The notes below the pieces were generated by a model, which saw only the letters and a program-made list of their open reading frames with translations, did not search any database and was not told the DNA's origin. Shown one piece after another: positions 48,299 through 58,382 of a DNA stretch of 64,000 nt (its first letter is position 1; each line of letters starts with the position of its first letter). A program made the position numbers and the translations under genes. The stretch is taken from the IMG/VR virus record IMGVR_UViG_3300043399_000272, positions 186,001 to 250,000 of that record, one strand, 5' to 3'.

Positions 48299-50449
48299 AT
48301 GTCACAACTATTATGGAATACACCTGCAGGTAATATAGGTACTTATCCTAGTCGATTGCCTATAACTTACACATTTTCTGCCATTGCACCTACTGTGGGA
48401 GACAGTGTAGAATACATTCTATTAAACGGAGTATTGCCTATTGGTGTAAGTCTTCTCAGTAACGGACAGTTAACAGGTGTTATTGGTAGCATCGCTGAAG
48501 AAACCGTATATAGTTTTACGATACGTGCTAAAGATAGTTTTAATTCTATATCAGATAGAACATTCTCGTTGACCGTATCAGGTGTAGGTATACCTGTTAT
48601 TTCAACTCCTGACGGTCAAATAGCTAACACATTAGATAGTGTGTATGTTGATAAGACCATTAATGTCACAAACTATGCTAATATACCTTATATTATTAAA
48701 CTGTCTGGTGGAAGTCTTCCGCCTGGGTTATCAATATCTAATACAGGTAGAATAACAGGATATGCAGAACCACCTATTTTAACCAATGGTTCACCTACTA
48801 CTAAAACATACGAATTTGCATTACAACTAATTAGTGAGTACGGTGTCGATGGTGGAATTTTCAATATAGTAGTTCGAAATCAATTGTTAACAAAATCCCC
48901 ACACCAGATCAATCCTGTAATTTTAAATAGTTACCCATTGGAATTGCCTATTAGTACTACTGATCCTTATTATTCTTATTATTTGGTTGACACTATAAAT
49001 CTAGGTACAACTAAATCCGGTGAGTACTTCAACTTTAAATTTATAGGTTATGATTTTGAAGATGATAGTTTGACATATTCTTTCGGTTCTTTACCACCGG
49101 GATTAACTGGAAACAGTACTACTGGTTGGATTACGGGAGTACCGATCATTGCATCTAATACGATAATAGAGTATGGTTTTACTGTTGTAGTATATAAAAC
49201 ATTATATCCTAGTATTAAGTCCTCTATCCAGCGATTTGTTATTCGAGTTTCTAACGAAGTTGATGAAACAATTACATGGAATACTGATTCGGATTTAGGT
49301 ACATTACTAAATGGGGAACTAAGTGATTTGTATGTTGATGCAACTGGATTTGGCAATCTTTCCTACGAATTAGTATCCGGTAGATTACCTGATAATCTAT
49401 CTTTGTTATCTAATGGTAGCATTATTGGAAAAGTATCATTTGAGCCTGAATCTTTTCTAACTATGGTTGGTACTAAAATAACATATGCATTTACAGTTAA
49501 AGCATTCTTAACGGACAATCCTATCGTTTCTTCAACAAAAGAATTTACTTTAACAACAGACAAACAGTTCTTAGAGCCAACTGAAAGTGTTTATTTGAAA
49601 GCGACACCTGATCTGCCTGGTCGTGCTATTATTCAATCATTGTTGACTGACACCTCTATAATTCCTAACGAATATTTGTATAGACCGGAAGATGTTTATT
49701 TTGGTAAAGCGTCGGATATTAGAGTTGTAGTGACATATGGAGTTAATGCTAGTAAATTAACAACGTATTTGGACACATTGAACACAAACTTTTATTATAG
49801 AAAAATAGTATTAGGTGAATTAAAAACTGCGATTGCAACAAATGAAAACAACGAAACACTGTATGAAGTTGTCTATTCTGAGATAGTAGACGGCTTAATA
49901 ACACCCGACGGAGTGTCAATACCGGATGAGATAGTTTGGCCTAGAAAAATAAGTTTGAACCAAGGTGATTATTATACTTCCAATACCTCTATATATAATA
50001 GCTCGACAGAAGTATTCACTAGTGCTAGTCCTGGATTTGTTCAAAAACTGTATCCAGCAAGTTTACAGAATATGAGAAATAAAATAATTTCTACTATTCC
50101 GTATAATAACAGTCAAACATTTTTACCACTTTGGATGACTAGTCAGCAGGCTGATGGTAGTACATTGGGATTTAAGCAAGTTTGGGTAATATGTTACACG
50201 TTGCCCGGAAAGTCACAGGAAGTTTTGAACAATATTAATGATTCCTGGCCATACAAACTTAACCAAATTGATTTCTCAATTGATCGTTTTATAGTAGATA
50301 AGAGCGCAACATACAATTATAACTTGTATCCAGGTATTCCTAGCTGGAGTTCATTACCAGGTGCAACGCCAACACCTGATCCGTTGGATACATATGATTT
50401 ACCTGTGCTGTTTTCGAACACAAACATTTTACCTAACAGTAATCAATAA
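48299..50449 (+). CDS. structural protein with repeated Ig-like (He_PIG-type) domains
   Basis: Repeated G.LP.GL.L...G.ITG motifs. Confidence 0.7.
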   Translation: MSQLLWNTPAGNIGTYPSRLPITYTFSAIAPTVGDSVEYILLNGVLPIGVSLLSNGQLTGVIGSIAEETVYSFTIRAKDSFNSISDRTFSLTVSGVGIPVISTPDGQIANTLDSVYVDKTINVTNYANIPYIIKLSGGSLPPGLSISNTGRITGYAEPPILTNGSPTTKTYEFALQLISEYGVDGGIFNIVVRNQLLTKSPHQINPVILNSYPLELPISTTDPYYSYYLVDTINLGTTKSGEYFNFKFIGYDFEDDSLTYSFGSLPPGLTGNSTTGWITGVPIIASNTIIEYGFTVVVYKTLYPSIKSSIQRFVIRVSNEVDETITWNTDSDLGTLLNGELSDLYVDATGFGNLSYELVSGRLPDNLSLLSNGSIIGKVSFEPESFLTMVGTKITYAFTVKAFLTDNPIVSSTKEFTLTTDKQFLEPTESVYLKATPDLPGRAIIQSLLTDTSIIPNEYLYRPEDVYFGKASDIRVVVTYGVNASKLTTYLDTLNTNFYYRKIVLGELKTAIATNENNETLYEVVYSEIVDGLITPDGVSIPDEIVWPRKISLNQGDYYTSNTSIYNSSTEVFTSASPGFVQKLYPASLQNMRNKIISTIPYNNSQTFLPLWMTSQQADGSTLGFKQVWVICYTLPGKSQEVLNNINDSWPYKLNQIDFSIDRFIVDKSATYNYNLYPGIPSWSSLPGATPTPDPLDTYDLPVLFSNTNILPNSNQ

Positions 50450-50472
50450 TAAATATATTACGGAATACAAAT

Positions 50473-51264
50473 ATGAGCGCAATAAACACTAACAGTATCG
50501 ATGCTAATTACCCTGTGCCGGGCGTTAATAATAGCACACAGGGTTTTAGAGATAACTTTTCAAGCATTAAGAATAACTTAAATACGGCAGGATCTGAATT
50601 AACAGACTTGCAATCCAAAGCAATATTAAAGTCACCGTTGACTGGTACATTGTTGAATAATGATATGGCTGGTGCTCCGCTAAGCAATGCACTAGTAAAT
50701 GGATTTAGAGCCAAGACATATAATTTAGGTGAAAATTTATCAGGAACAGTAACTGTTAATGTCAGCAAAGCTGATGTGCAGTACGGTACAATACAGTCAG
50801 ATTGCACTATCAACTTTGGTGGCTGGCCACCTACAGGAACTAGGGCAAGTGTCGAACTACATTTAACTATTGCTAATCCTAATGTAACAATTACATTACC
50901 GCCCACTACAGTTAACGCAGGTGAAATAACTTCAGGTATGCGTGATAGTGTTAAATTGTTGGAAAATTATTATGCTACCGGTACTACCGCTTCATATAGT
51001 AATTTTATCACTACCCCATATCAAGTAACTGAATTGGTATTGCAATTTATAACACTTGATTGTGGCGCCACGTTAGATGTGATTCCTGTGAATCGAAACC
51101 AACGTAGTTCCCAGTTATCAATTAGGACTCCTACTAGTATAGGACAACCTGGAGACTTTCCTGGACAAATGTGTATGGATCAAAATGGGTACGTTTACTT
51201 TTGTGTAGGTCAATATGACGGTGAAAACGTTATTTGGGGTAAAGTAACATTATCCGGAATTTAA
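50473..51264 (+). CDS. tail/baseplate-associated structural protein
   Basis: Late promoter at 50448; FRDNFSSIK N-terminal motif; C-terminal G..GQMC.D..YVYFC. Confidence 0.6.
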   Translation: MSAINTNSIDANYPVPGVNNSTQGFRDNFSSIKNNLNTAGSELTDLQSKAILKSPLTGTLLNNDMAGAPLSNALVNGFRAKTYNLGENLSGTVTVNVSKADVQYGTIQSDCTINFGGWPPTGTRASVELHLTIANPNVTITLPPTTVNAGEITSGMRDSVKLLENYYATGTTASYSNFITTPYQVTELVLQFITLDCGATLDVIPVNRNQRSSQLSIRTPTSIGQPGDFPGQMCMDQNGYVYFCVGQYDGENVIWGKVTLSGI

Positions 51265-51296
51265 TAAACCGATAATTGTTGCATATAAATATCAAT

Positions 51297-51533
51297 ATGC
51301 AACACCCATTCATAAACGATCTTAGTGGTAAGTCTATGGAAGACTTGCAAAACACAATCCAAGAACTAACCAAAAAATTAAATTTTGTATATAGGACTCA
51401 GAACGGTCCTATGATATCGCAAATCCAAATGGTTTTAGAAAGTTACAAAACTGAGTACACCAAACGAATGGATGATATCTACAAAAAACAAAACTTAACA
51501 AATAAAATTAACATTTCCAACGATAATAAATGA
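51297..51533 (+). CDS. small coiled-coil late protein
   Basis: TATAAATA at 51284. Confidence 0.6.
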   Translation: MQHPFINDLSGKSMEDLQNTIQELTKKLNFVYRTQNGPMISQIQMVLESYKTEYTKRMDDIYKKQNLTNKINISNDNK

Positions 51534-52129
51534 CAGCCCGAGTACAGCGAAACTTTGAGTTTGTGGCAGGTGTATTCATTGACAATGAGTTGCACATGAA
51601 TGTATACGACATAGAAGTCAATTTCTTCATTGAAACTGACAGCATCTATGAACAAAATATTGCCCTTGACAGAATAAAATATTTGTTTATTGAAAAAATA
51701 GAAAATGCAATTTTTATAAATGAGACAGAATCGGTAATTTTTGAGAAAATATCTAATTTAGGTTTAAAATGTGTGCAACTACCAGAAGATCCGTACGATC
51801 AAATTTTGGGAATCGCATTAATGGCAAAAATAGATTCTGTTATAGAAGACCGTTTAACTGTTTCTGATATAAGAATTTCTAGTAGGATGAGCGATGGTGT
51901 GAGCTATCTACACAGTATGGAAGAAAGTAGGGGTCCGCTCAGCGAAAAAGGTTGGTGGAATGATTCAAGCCCGAATACATCAACTAAACCCACAAAAAAT
52001 AAAAAGGTTGTGAAGTTAAAAGAAATAACTACTAGTTGGGATGACTTACTGCTTGGTTGGCAACCACCGATAAAAAGACCCGATTCTGACGTTATTATGG
52101 TAGACTTTGATTCTAAAACGGATAAATGA
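51530..52129 (+). CDS. hypothetical protein, possible degenerate QueD/PTPS T-fold
   Basis: FEFVAG...HMNVYDIEV...IFINE...EDPYDQILG spacing resembles QueD; catalytic His residues mostly absent. Confidence 0.4.
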   Translation: MTARVQRNFEFVAGVFIDNELHMNVYDIEVNFFIETDSIYEQNIALDRIKYLFIEKIENAIFINETESVIFEKISNLGLKCVQLPEDPYDQILGIALMAKIDSVIEDRLTVSDIRISSRMSDGVSYLHSMEESRGPLSEKGWWNDSSPNTSTKPTKNKKVVKLKEITTSWDDLLLGWQPPIKRPDSDVIMVDFDSKTDK

Positions 52130-52132
52130 TAT

Positions 52133-52161
52133 TTGCTTTTTTGTAATAAGTCTGCTAAACT
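52133..52161 (+). promoter_or_regulatory. sigma70-like promoter with extended -10 for the DnaE N-half
   Basis: TTGCTT-17-TAAACT with TGn. Confidence 0.5.
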
Positions 52162-52168
52162 AGTAGCA

Positions 52169-52675
52169 ATGAAAACTGACCAGTATAGCCGACAGATTTT
52201 ATCAGAAGATGATTTGTGTGACATTTTCCTACGAAATCCAGAACACAAACTATCAACGGTATTAACCGATACAGTAATACATTTTCATCCAGATTTAGAA
52301 TTAAATAATACTTTTCATACAACAGAACCTACTACACAAACTATCAGCGTGTCAGAATTTGATGATATAAATCAATCAACATGGTTTATGCCTGATGAAT
52401 ATAAGTCAATGGATATTGCTAAATATCTTTTAGATTTATGCACCTCAGATGAAGAATTACAGCGTGTAGGTAAAGAACTTATTCTTTATCAAGAAAGGAA
52501 TATGTTTCCCTTGCTTAGATTCTGCAAATACTTGGTAGACACAATGAGAGCTAATAATGTAGTATGGGGAGTAGGTAGGGGAAGCAGTGTTAGTAGTTAT
52601 GTACTGTTTTTGCTAGGAGTACATAAGATAAATTCAATATATTACGATTTGGATGTAGAAGAATTTTTAAAATAA
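52169..52675 (+). CDS. miniature DNA polymerase III alpha (DnaE), N-terminal half
   Basis: RV.KEL..Y, YLVD, VWGVGRGSSVSSYVLFLLGVHKINSIYYDL.VEEFL matches DnaE GPGRGSAAGSLV.Y.LGIT.IDP..YDLLFERFL. Confidence 0.85.
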   Translation: MKTDQYSRQILSEDDLCDIFLRNPEHKLSTVLTDTVIHFHPDLELNNTFHTTEPTTQTISVSEFDDINQSTWFMPDEYKSMDIAKYLLDLCTSDEELQRVGKELILYQERNMFPLLRFCKYLVDTMRANNVVWGVGRGSSVSSYVLFLLGVHKINSIYYDLDVEEFLK

Positions 52676-52721
52676 ACGATGTTTTTCAATAATTAAATAC
52701 TTATTTAACAGGAGAGTTGCT

Positions 52722-53024
52722 ATGCCATTACATAGAACAGCACAAGGTAAAATGATAGATATGTCATCTATCGTTGCAAAAAATGAGAAAGTCAGAGCAG
52801 TGGGTAACATGAATGTTAATGCACGAGGAGATATTCTCGACAGCAATAACAAAGTTATCAAAGACAACAACAAAAGAGTAAAGGCTAATTATCAAAAAGT
52901 CGTTAGCAAGGCACCGGCAAAGCCAGCACCCTCGCAGCCCGCCCCAGTTAAGTCTCAACCAGTAGAACAATTAACTAAAGAAGAAAGAGAAATTTTTGAT
53001 GATGATGAGGATTTTGAAAAGTGA
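52722..53024 (+). CDS. hypothetical late protein
   Basis: ATTAAATA plus SD aggag upstream; AVGNMNVNARGD. Confidence 0.65.
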   Translation: MPLHRTAQGKMIDMSSIVAKNEKVRAVGNMNVNARGDILDSNNKVIKDNNKRVKANYQKVVSKAPAKPAPSQPAPVKSQPVEQLTKEEREIFDDDEDFEK

Positions 53025-53392
53025 AAAAAGCAGCATTTGACCCGCATAAGATATCCAAAAGCAAATTCAAACCATTAGGTGAACATGTAATTGTTTATGA
53101 TATGGTATTTGACGAACGTATTACTAGAAGCGGAATCATCATACCCAACGATGACATGAAATCTCAAGGAATCAGACCACGCTGGGCACAAATCTATGCT
53201 GTAGGACCTGATCAGAAAGACCCTGAATTAGTACCCGGAAAATGGATTTGCGTCAGCCATGGTCGCTGGACGAGAGGAGTACAAATTGAAGATGAAACGG
53301 GTAAACACACTATACGCCGAGTTGACATTAATGATATACTGTTAGTCAGTGACGAACCCGTCAATGACATGACAATGAGTGATAAGGTATAA
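53021..53392 (+). CDS. groES: GroES-like co-chaperonin (gp31-like)
   Basis: KPLGEHVIV, TRSGIIIP, IYAVGP, DILLV. Confidence 0.8.
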   Translation: MKKAAFDPHKISKSKFKPLGEHVIVYDMVFDERITRSGIIIPNDDMKSQGIRPRWAQIYAVGPDQKDPELVPGKWICVSHGRWTRGVQIEDETGKHTIRRVDINDILLVSDEPVNDMTMSDKV

Positions 53393-53394
53393 TT

Positions 53395-53706
53395 ATGAAA
53401 TGGTTTTACAAATGGCTAGGGTCTAAGATTCACGATTCTCAATATAGTGACGAGGCAATCCCTCAAATATTAGGAACCACTAAAGCCAATAGAGCAAGAA
53501 GAAGTTTGGTCAGTGAATCCGAGGATTTAAGTTCAGAACCCATTACGTTTAAAATGTTCAAGGCAAGCGGCGGCTGGGCAATTGAGTTTAGACAATACGA
53601 CAACCGAAATGATAGAGTTGACGTTAATTTATATGTAGTGAATGATGAACAAGAATTAGGAAAGCATATTTCACAAATTATTACTATGGAGGCATTAAAA
53701 AGATGA
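53395..53706 (+). CDS. hypothetical protein
   Basis: 103 aa ORF in operon. Confidence 0.65.
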   Translation: MKWFYKWLGSKIHDSQYSDEAIPQILGTTKANRARRSLVSESEDLSSEPITFKMFKASGGWAIEFRQYDNRNDRVDVNLYVVNDEQELGKHISQIITMEALKR

Positions 53707-54389
53707 GTTATTCAGATACATTGATATATCGCAGTGCGGCTCAAATCAACGAAGCAATGGGTCGTGTGTATGGCTACATGGGACTTGCTACATTGGTAAG
53801 TTTGTTTGTAAGCTATGTAGTAGGTTCCAGTCCAGAACTTGTGCAATTTTTCTTCACGGGGTGGATGAAGTGGGTAACTATTCTTTCTCCACTTGTAGCA
53901 GTTGTATTAATTACGATTGCATTGAATAGTAATCCCCCGAAAGAAATGGCACTGTTTATGCTAGTACTCTTTGCTGGCATCATGGGCTTGAGTTTTGCAG
54001 TAATCTTTGCTGTCTACACAATGGCAAGTATTGTTAGCGCATTTATGGGGTCAGCAGTGCTATTTGGAACTATGAGCATTTATGGTTACTTTACTAAACA
54101 AAGTTTAGATAGTCTGGGCAAGTTTCTATTTGTAGGCTTGATTGCAATTGTGATTGCTAGTATAATCAATCTTTTCATAGGAAGCACAGTGGGACAGATG
54201 GTAATTTCTGCACTTGCAGTTATTATCTTCTTGGGACTTACAGCCTATGATACACAAAAAATCCGTGAACAATTAATGGATTCTAGTGACTCGACTGTTG
54301 CAGAAGTCTCCGGAGCATTAACATTGTACCTAGATTTCATTAATATATTCTTGTCGTTGTTACAACTTTTTGGCAATAAGAAAGACTAA
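53703..54389 (+). CDS. Bax inhibitor-1/YccA family membrane protein
   Basis: About 7 TM segments; AYDTQKI, ALTLYLDFINIFL.LL. Confidence 0.9.
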   Translation: MSYSDTLIYRSAAQINEAMGRVYGYMGLATLVSLFVSYVVGSSPELVQFFFTGWMKWVTILSPLVAVVLITIALNSNPPKEMALFMLVLFAGIMGLSFAVIFAVYTMASIVSAFMGSAVLFGTMSIYGYFTKQSLDSLGKFLFVGLIAIVIASIINLFIGSTVGQMVISALAVIIFLGLTAYDTQKIREQLMDSSDSTVAEVSGALTLYLDFINIFLSLLQLFGNKKD

Positions 54390-55313
54390 ATGAAGAATCA
54401 ACTTTGGGTAGAGAAATACAGACCGCAATCAGTAAAAGAGTACGTCTTTGTAAATGACAGTCAAAAGCAACAAGTAGAAGGCTGGATTAAAAACGAATCT
54501 ATTCCTCACTTGTTGCTCAGTGGTGATCCTGGTACAGGTAAAACTACACTAGCAAAAGTTCTTATACACGAACTTGGTATTGAAGATTATGATGTACTAG
54601 AAATTAACGCAAGTCGTGAAAACTCTGTGGATGTAGTCAGAGACAAAATAGTTGGCTTTGTACAAACAATGCCTTTTGGTAAGTTCAAAGTCGTGTTGCT
54701 AGACGAGGCTGATTATTTGACTCCGGCAGGTCAGGCGGCGTTGCGTAATGATATGGAAGCATATCATGCGACTGCTAGATTTATTTTGACTTGTAATTAT
54801 CAGCATAGAATTATTCCTGCGCTAAAAAGCAGATGCCACGAGTTTCACATCAGTAAAACAGACAAAACTGAGTTTACAGCTAGAGTAGCTACTGTTTTAG
54901 TGACTGAAAATGTAGAATTTGATTTAGATACATTGGATAGTTATGTTGGAGCTACTTATCCTGATTTGCGTAAATGTTTGAATCAAGTTCAAGTAAATAG
55001 TAGTAGTGGTAAATTATTAGCGTCAGTTAATCAAACTAACAGTGAAGATGAACTATTGATTGAAGCAACTAACTGCTTTAAGAGTCAAAAAGTATTTGAG
55101 GGAAGGCAATTGTTGTTGCAATATCTAAGTTTGTATCCTACACGCATCGAAGATGTATACAGATGGATGTATAATAACTTAGACTTGTGGGGTAACACTA
55201 ATGAAAAACGTGATGCTAGTATTATCATTATTAGAAATGGTTTAGCTAATTTGAGTTTAGTGGGTATTCCTGAAATTTCACTAGCAGCCACTCTGATAGA
55301 GTTAACCAGTTAA
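54390..55313 (+). CDS. clamp loader large subunit (gp44/RFC-like)
   Basis: LWVEKYRP, GDPGTGKT, INAS, LDEAD, LKSRC, PDLRK. Confidence 0.92.
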   Translation: MKNQLWVEKYRPQSVKEYVFVNDSQKQQVEGWIKNESIPHLLLSGDPGTGKTTLAKVLIHELGIEDYDVLEINASRENSVDVVRDKIVGFVQTMPFGKFKVVLLDEADYLTPAGQAALRNDMEAYHATARFILTCNYQHRIIPALKSRCHEFHISKTDKTEFTARVATVLVTENVEFDLDTLDSYVGATYPDLRKCLNQVQVNSSSGKLLASVNQTNSEDELLIEATNCFKSQKVFEGRQLLLQYLSLYPTRIEDVYRWMYNNLDLWGNTNEKRDASIIIIRNGLANLSLVGIPEISLAATLIELTS

Positions 55314-55321
55314 GGATTATT

Positions 55322-55576
55322 ATGAGATACATGTTAATTACATATTATAAAAAAGCCGGTGGTCAGATTGACGAACAGGTTGAAATTTCTAGAAATTTAA
55401 AACCTAAGGATCATTCTACTTGTAATGTTATTATGGACTTCAAAGAAAAGAAAGTCGAAAAATGCGTGATTGAAGGACAAACACTAACAAAAGAGTGGAA
55501 CCAACTACGTGATTATTACTTTAAAGTATATCCTGATGTAGTTGAAAAAATAGAAAAACTTATGAACGAGAGCTAA
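55322..55576 (+). CDS. hypothetical protein
   Basis: SD aagga; 84 aa. Confidence 0.65.
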   Translation: MRYMLITYYKKAGGQIDEQVEISRNLKPKDHSTCNVIMDFKEKKVEKCVIEGQTLTKEWNQLRDYYFKVYPDVVEKIEKLMNES

Positions 55577-55600
55577 AAAGGGGCGTTAAGCCCCTTTTTT
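55575..55600. terminator. bidirectional terminator
   Basis: aaaaaggggc-gttaa-gcccctttttt between convergent genes. Confidence 0.85.
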
Positions 55601-56390
55601 ATGAGTATAATTTTAAAACGTGCTCAATAATTTTATGCCGTTGAACATCTTGCAGTTCAAACTCGCATAACTGCAACCCTGGAATCACCCCCTTTCTCAA
55701 TCGATTTTGTAAGTCTAGTAGCCCATTGTCGGCTGTTTTTCTATCGGCTTGCTCAATGTCACCAGTAATTACAATCTTACTGCCAACGCCGATCCTAGTC
55801 ATAATCATTTTGAGTTGACCAGGGGTTGCATTTTGAGATTCGTCTAATATTATATAACTATTTTTAAAGTTTCGACCTCGGCAAAATGCTAGGGGTGCAA
55901 TTTCCACTATTTGTTCGTCTAGCATGCGGGTGATTTCACGCATTGTATAATATTCACGTAACACATCTAACAACGGTCTTGTCCAGGGTTCCATCTTTTG
56001 ATTTAAGTCACCGGGTAAGAAACCGTGTTCTTCTTCCTCTACACCTACTGCAGGTCTTGATAAGATGATCCTATCAACTTCACCTTCTTTTAGTGCTTTG
56101 ATGGCTGCTTGCATAGCTAGATAAGTCTTGCCTGTTCCAGCAGGACCGCTAACTACTACAATATCAGTATCAGCATCAGTTAATGCGGAGATATATTTTT
56201 TTTGATTAATTGTCTTTGCGCTTAAATTAACCGGTCTAGAGTTAGATTTAGTGCGACTATGATCAAAATTAATAGTTTTTGATTCTTTCGTGTAAAATGT
56301 GGGTGTGTCTTCGTAATTGTATTTGTCGGTTTGTGTGTATCGTGTGTCTATTTGTTGTTTGCGTAAAGCGCCTGTTTTTCTCTTTCCCAA
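55599..56390 (-). CDS. phoH: PhoH-like ATPase
   Basis: GPAGTGKT, RPAV, GFLPG, RGR.F, DESQN, TRIG, GD..Q.D. Confidence 0.93.
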   Translation of the reverse strand: MGKRKTGALRKQQIDTRYTQTDKYNYEDTPTFYTKESKTINFDHSRTKSNSRPVNLSAKTINQKKYISALTDADTDIVVVSGPAGTGKTYLAMQAAIKALKEGEVDRIILSRPAVGVEEEEHGFLPGDLNQKMEPWTRPLLDVLREYYTMREITRMLDEQIVEIAPLAFCRGRNFKNSYIILDESQNATPGQLKMIMTRIGVGSKIVITGDIEQADRKTADNGLLDLQNRLRKGVIPGLQLCEFELQDVQRHKIIEHVLKLYS

Positions 56391-56563
56391 AATATACTCC
56401 TTTTATTGTGAAAGCCGAGTTCTCATAACACTCAGAGATATTTAAAACCTCATAACAAGCCTAAACTAGTAGAGTTTTAACGCATTTTTTAATGATAAAT
56501 ATTAGGCTAAGGGTTTTGTTCAAAGCATTTACGTATTCATACATATTTGATAAATACAATACT

Positions 56564-57172
56564 ATGAGCAAACTAAAAGCCGACGACTTTTTTAACAATA
56601 TTGATTTCCCTAGCATTGTTGATACTATCAAGGGTGTGTATTCCAGTGACGGCGCAATGAGCGCATTATTGGACTTCGAGCGAGTTCTTGACGAAAGTGA
56701 TCTATACGCATACAAGAATTGGGACTTAGGGGAATTAGTATCCGGTCCTGATGTGAAACGCTACACTGTTTCTTGCATGTTTATGTACCCACTAAAATTA
56801 ATGCCTGATCCAAGAGGTGCATTAAGATTACTAGGAGTAGGGTGCAATCTACAATTTAAGAAAACTAAAATAAAAGTACCGGTTGCTATTAAAGATCCAG
56901 GGGACTATAAAGCGGGAACCCACTTTCCGAAAATGACGGAAAAAGAAATCTGGTTAGTAAGAATTGAAATCCCCAAAACTCTAATGGATGATATTCGTGA
57001 AGGATCTATTGATTTAGCAGGTCAAAGCATTGACTTAGAAGAATTAGATAATGCATATGAGGAAGATTTAGATAAAGAATCTGCACAAGGACAAGAAGAC
57101 CAGGCGCAACAGCCTCAAGGAATGCAGCCAGCCCCAGCAGCCGGCACCCCACCAGCATTGCCAGGATTATAA
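56564..57172 (+). CDS. hypothetical late protein
   Basis: GATAAATA at 56549; ATG at 56564. Confidence 0.7.
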   Translation: MSKLKADDFFNNIDFPSIVDTIKGVYSSDGAMSALLDFERVLDESDLYAYKNWDLGELVSGPDVKRYTVSCMFMYPLKLMPDPRGALRLLGVGCNLQFKKTKIKVPVAIKDPGDYKAGTHFPKMTEKEIWLVRIEIPKTLMDDIREGSIDLAGQSIDLEELDNAYEEDLDKESAQGQEDQAQQPQGMQPAPAAGTPPALPGL

Positions 57173-57173
57173 T

Positions 57174-57746
57174 ATGAAACAGATACTAGTTGAAGGTTTT
57201 GACTATCACGATTTAGTAGGTCAAATTTTCCCAGAAATATCAGTAGATGAGTATTCTGCAAAAATGGGATCAGATGACAACATTGTCACACTTGCATTTA
57301 CTGTTAAAGGTAAAGCCGTAGGTGAAGATTTGTCTGATTGGTTTGAACGCGGTTATATATGGGTATTAGATGCACAAGTGAGTGAGGGAGAAATCACTCC
57401 GGGAAAATACTTAGTGTTCGTTGAAATTGATAGAAGAATGGCTGTACCTGAAAGAATTGTTCAGCTTATAGAAGATTTAGAAACATTGACAGACATGCCT
57501 CTTTCTGAATGGACTATTGAGGTAGATGATGAAAAACACAAAAATCCAACAGTTGAAGTGTTGAAATCAAAAATAATTTTGAGTCCTCATCAGTATAGAG
57601 AAAAGTACGGTACAGAAGAAGAACAAGAAAAAAAAGATGACAATAAGATTGATGAAATGAAAAATCTATCAGGATTAGATCCTAGCAAAAAGTTTAAAGA
57701 ACCTGATAGTTTATTAAAAGATTTTATTGCAAAAGCAGGACTATAA
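57174..57746 (+). CDS. hypothetical late protein
   Basis: MKQILVEG leader. Confidence 0.7.
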   Translation: MKQILVEGFDYHDLVGQIFPEISVDEYSAKMGSDDNIVTLAFTVKGKAVGEDLSDWFERGYIWVLDAQVSEGEITPGKYLVFVEIDRRMAVPERIVQLIEDLETLTDMPLSEWTIEVDDEKHKNPTVEVLKSKIILSPHQYREKYGTEEEQEKKDDNKIDEMKNLSGLDPSKKFKEPDSLLKDFIAKAGL

Positions 57747-57756
57747 GGAGAAAAAG

Positions 57757-58344
57757 ATGCCACAAACTTTACTAGCTAGAAAATCAGGTTCACAAGATAT
57801 GGCAATTGCCACAGATGATGAAGCACATCAACAACTAGCAACAGATCCTTCTATTCCACAATTTCCTGAAAGTAATAGTTTTGGAGCATCAAATGGATTC
57901 AATGTATCATCAAGCAACACTTCAGCATTTGGCTCTTCTCCGTCAGCAGGATTCGGCTCCTCACCCAGCTATTCCGCACCATCAAGTAGCATTGGCGGAA
58001 GCATGTCTGGAAGCGTACCTCAACCAAATCTCACCCAAGCAGGTTCAAATGCCGCCCAGGGTGCAGACGTATTAGTTCAGCACGATAAAGAAAGTTCAGA
58101 CTGGATAAACAAAAAATGGCGTCCTGCAATGGGATGGATGTACATGTTAACATGTACTGTTGACTTTGTTGTATTCCCAGTTTTATGGTCGCTATTGCAG
58201 GCATTGAGTAAAGGTTCCGTCACAAGTCAGTGGCAACCACTTACATTGCAAGGTGCAGGATTGTATCATATTGCAATGGGTGCTGTATTAGGTATCGCAG
58301 CATACGGTCGAACAAAAGAAAAACTCGAAGGCGCTGCAAAATAA
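57757..58344 (+). CDS. holin-like protein (3TM GTA-holin type) with Ser/Gly-rich N-terminus
   Basis: KWRPAMGW.Y, hydrophobic segments, LG..AYGRT.EK. Confidence 0.7.
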   Translation: MPQTLLARKSGSQDMAIATDDEAHQQLATDPSIPQFPESNSFGASNGFNVSSSNTSAFGSSPSAGFGSSPSYSAPSSSIGGSMSGSVPQPNLTQAGSNAAQGADVLVQHDKESSDWINKKWRPAMGWMYMLTCTVDFVVFPVLWSLLQALSKGSVTSQWQPLTLQGAGLYHIAMGAVLGIAAYGRTKEKLEGAAK

Positions 58345-58347
58345 ATA

Positions 58348-58376
58348 TTGACACTTGCACAATAATGTGCTAACAT
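58348..58376 (+). promoter_or_regulatory. sigma70 promoter for dnaJ-clp operon
   Basis: TTGACA-17-TAACAT (TGn extended); AATAAATA immediately upstream. Confidence 0.65.
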
Positions 58377-58382
58377 CAATAT

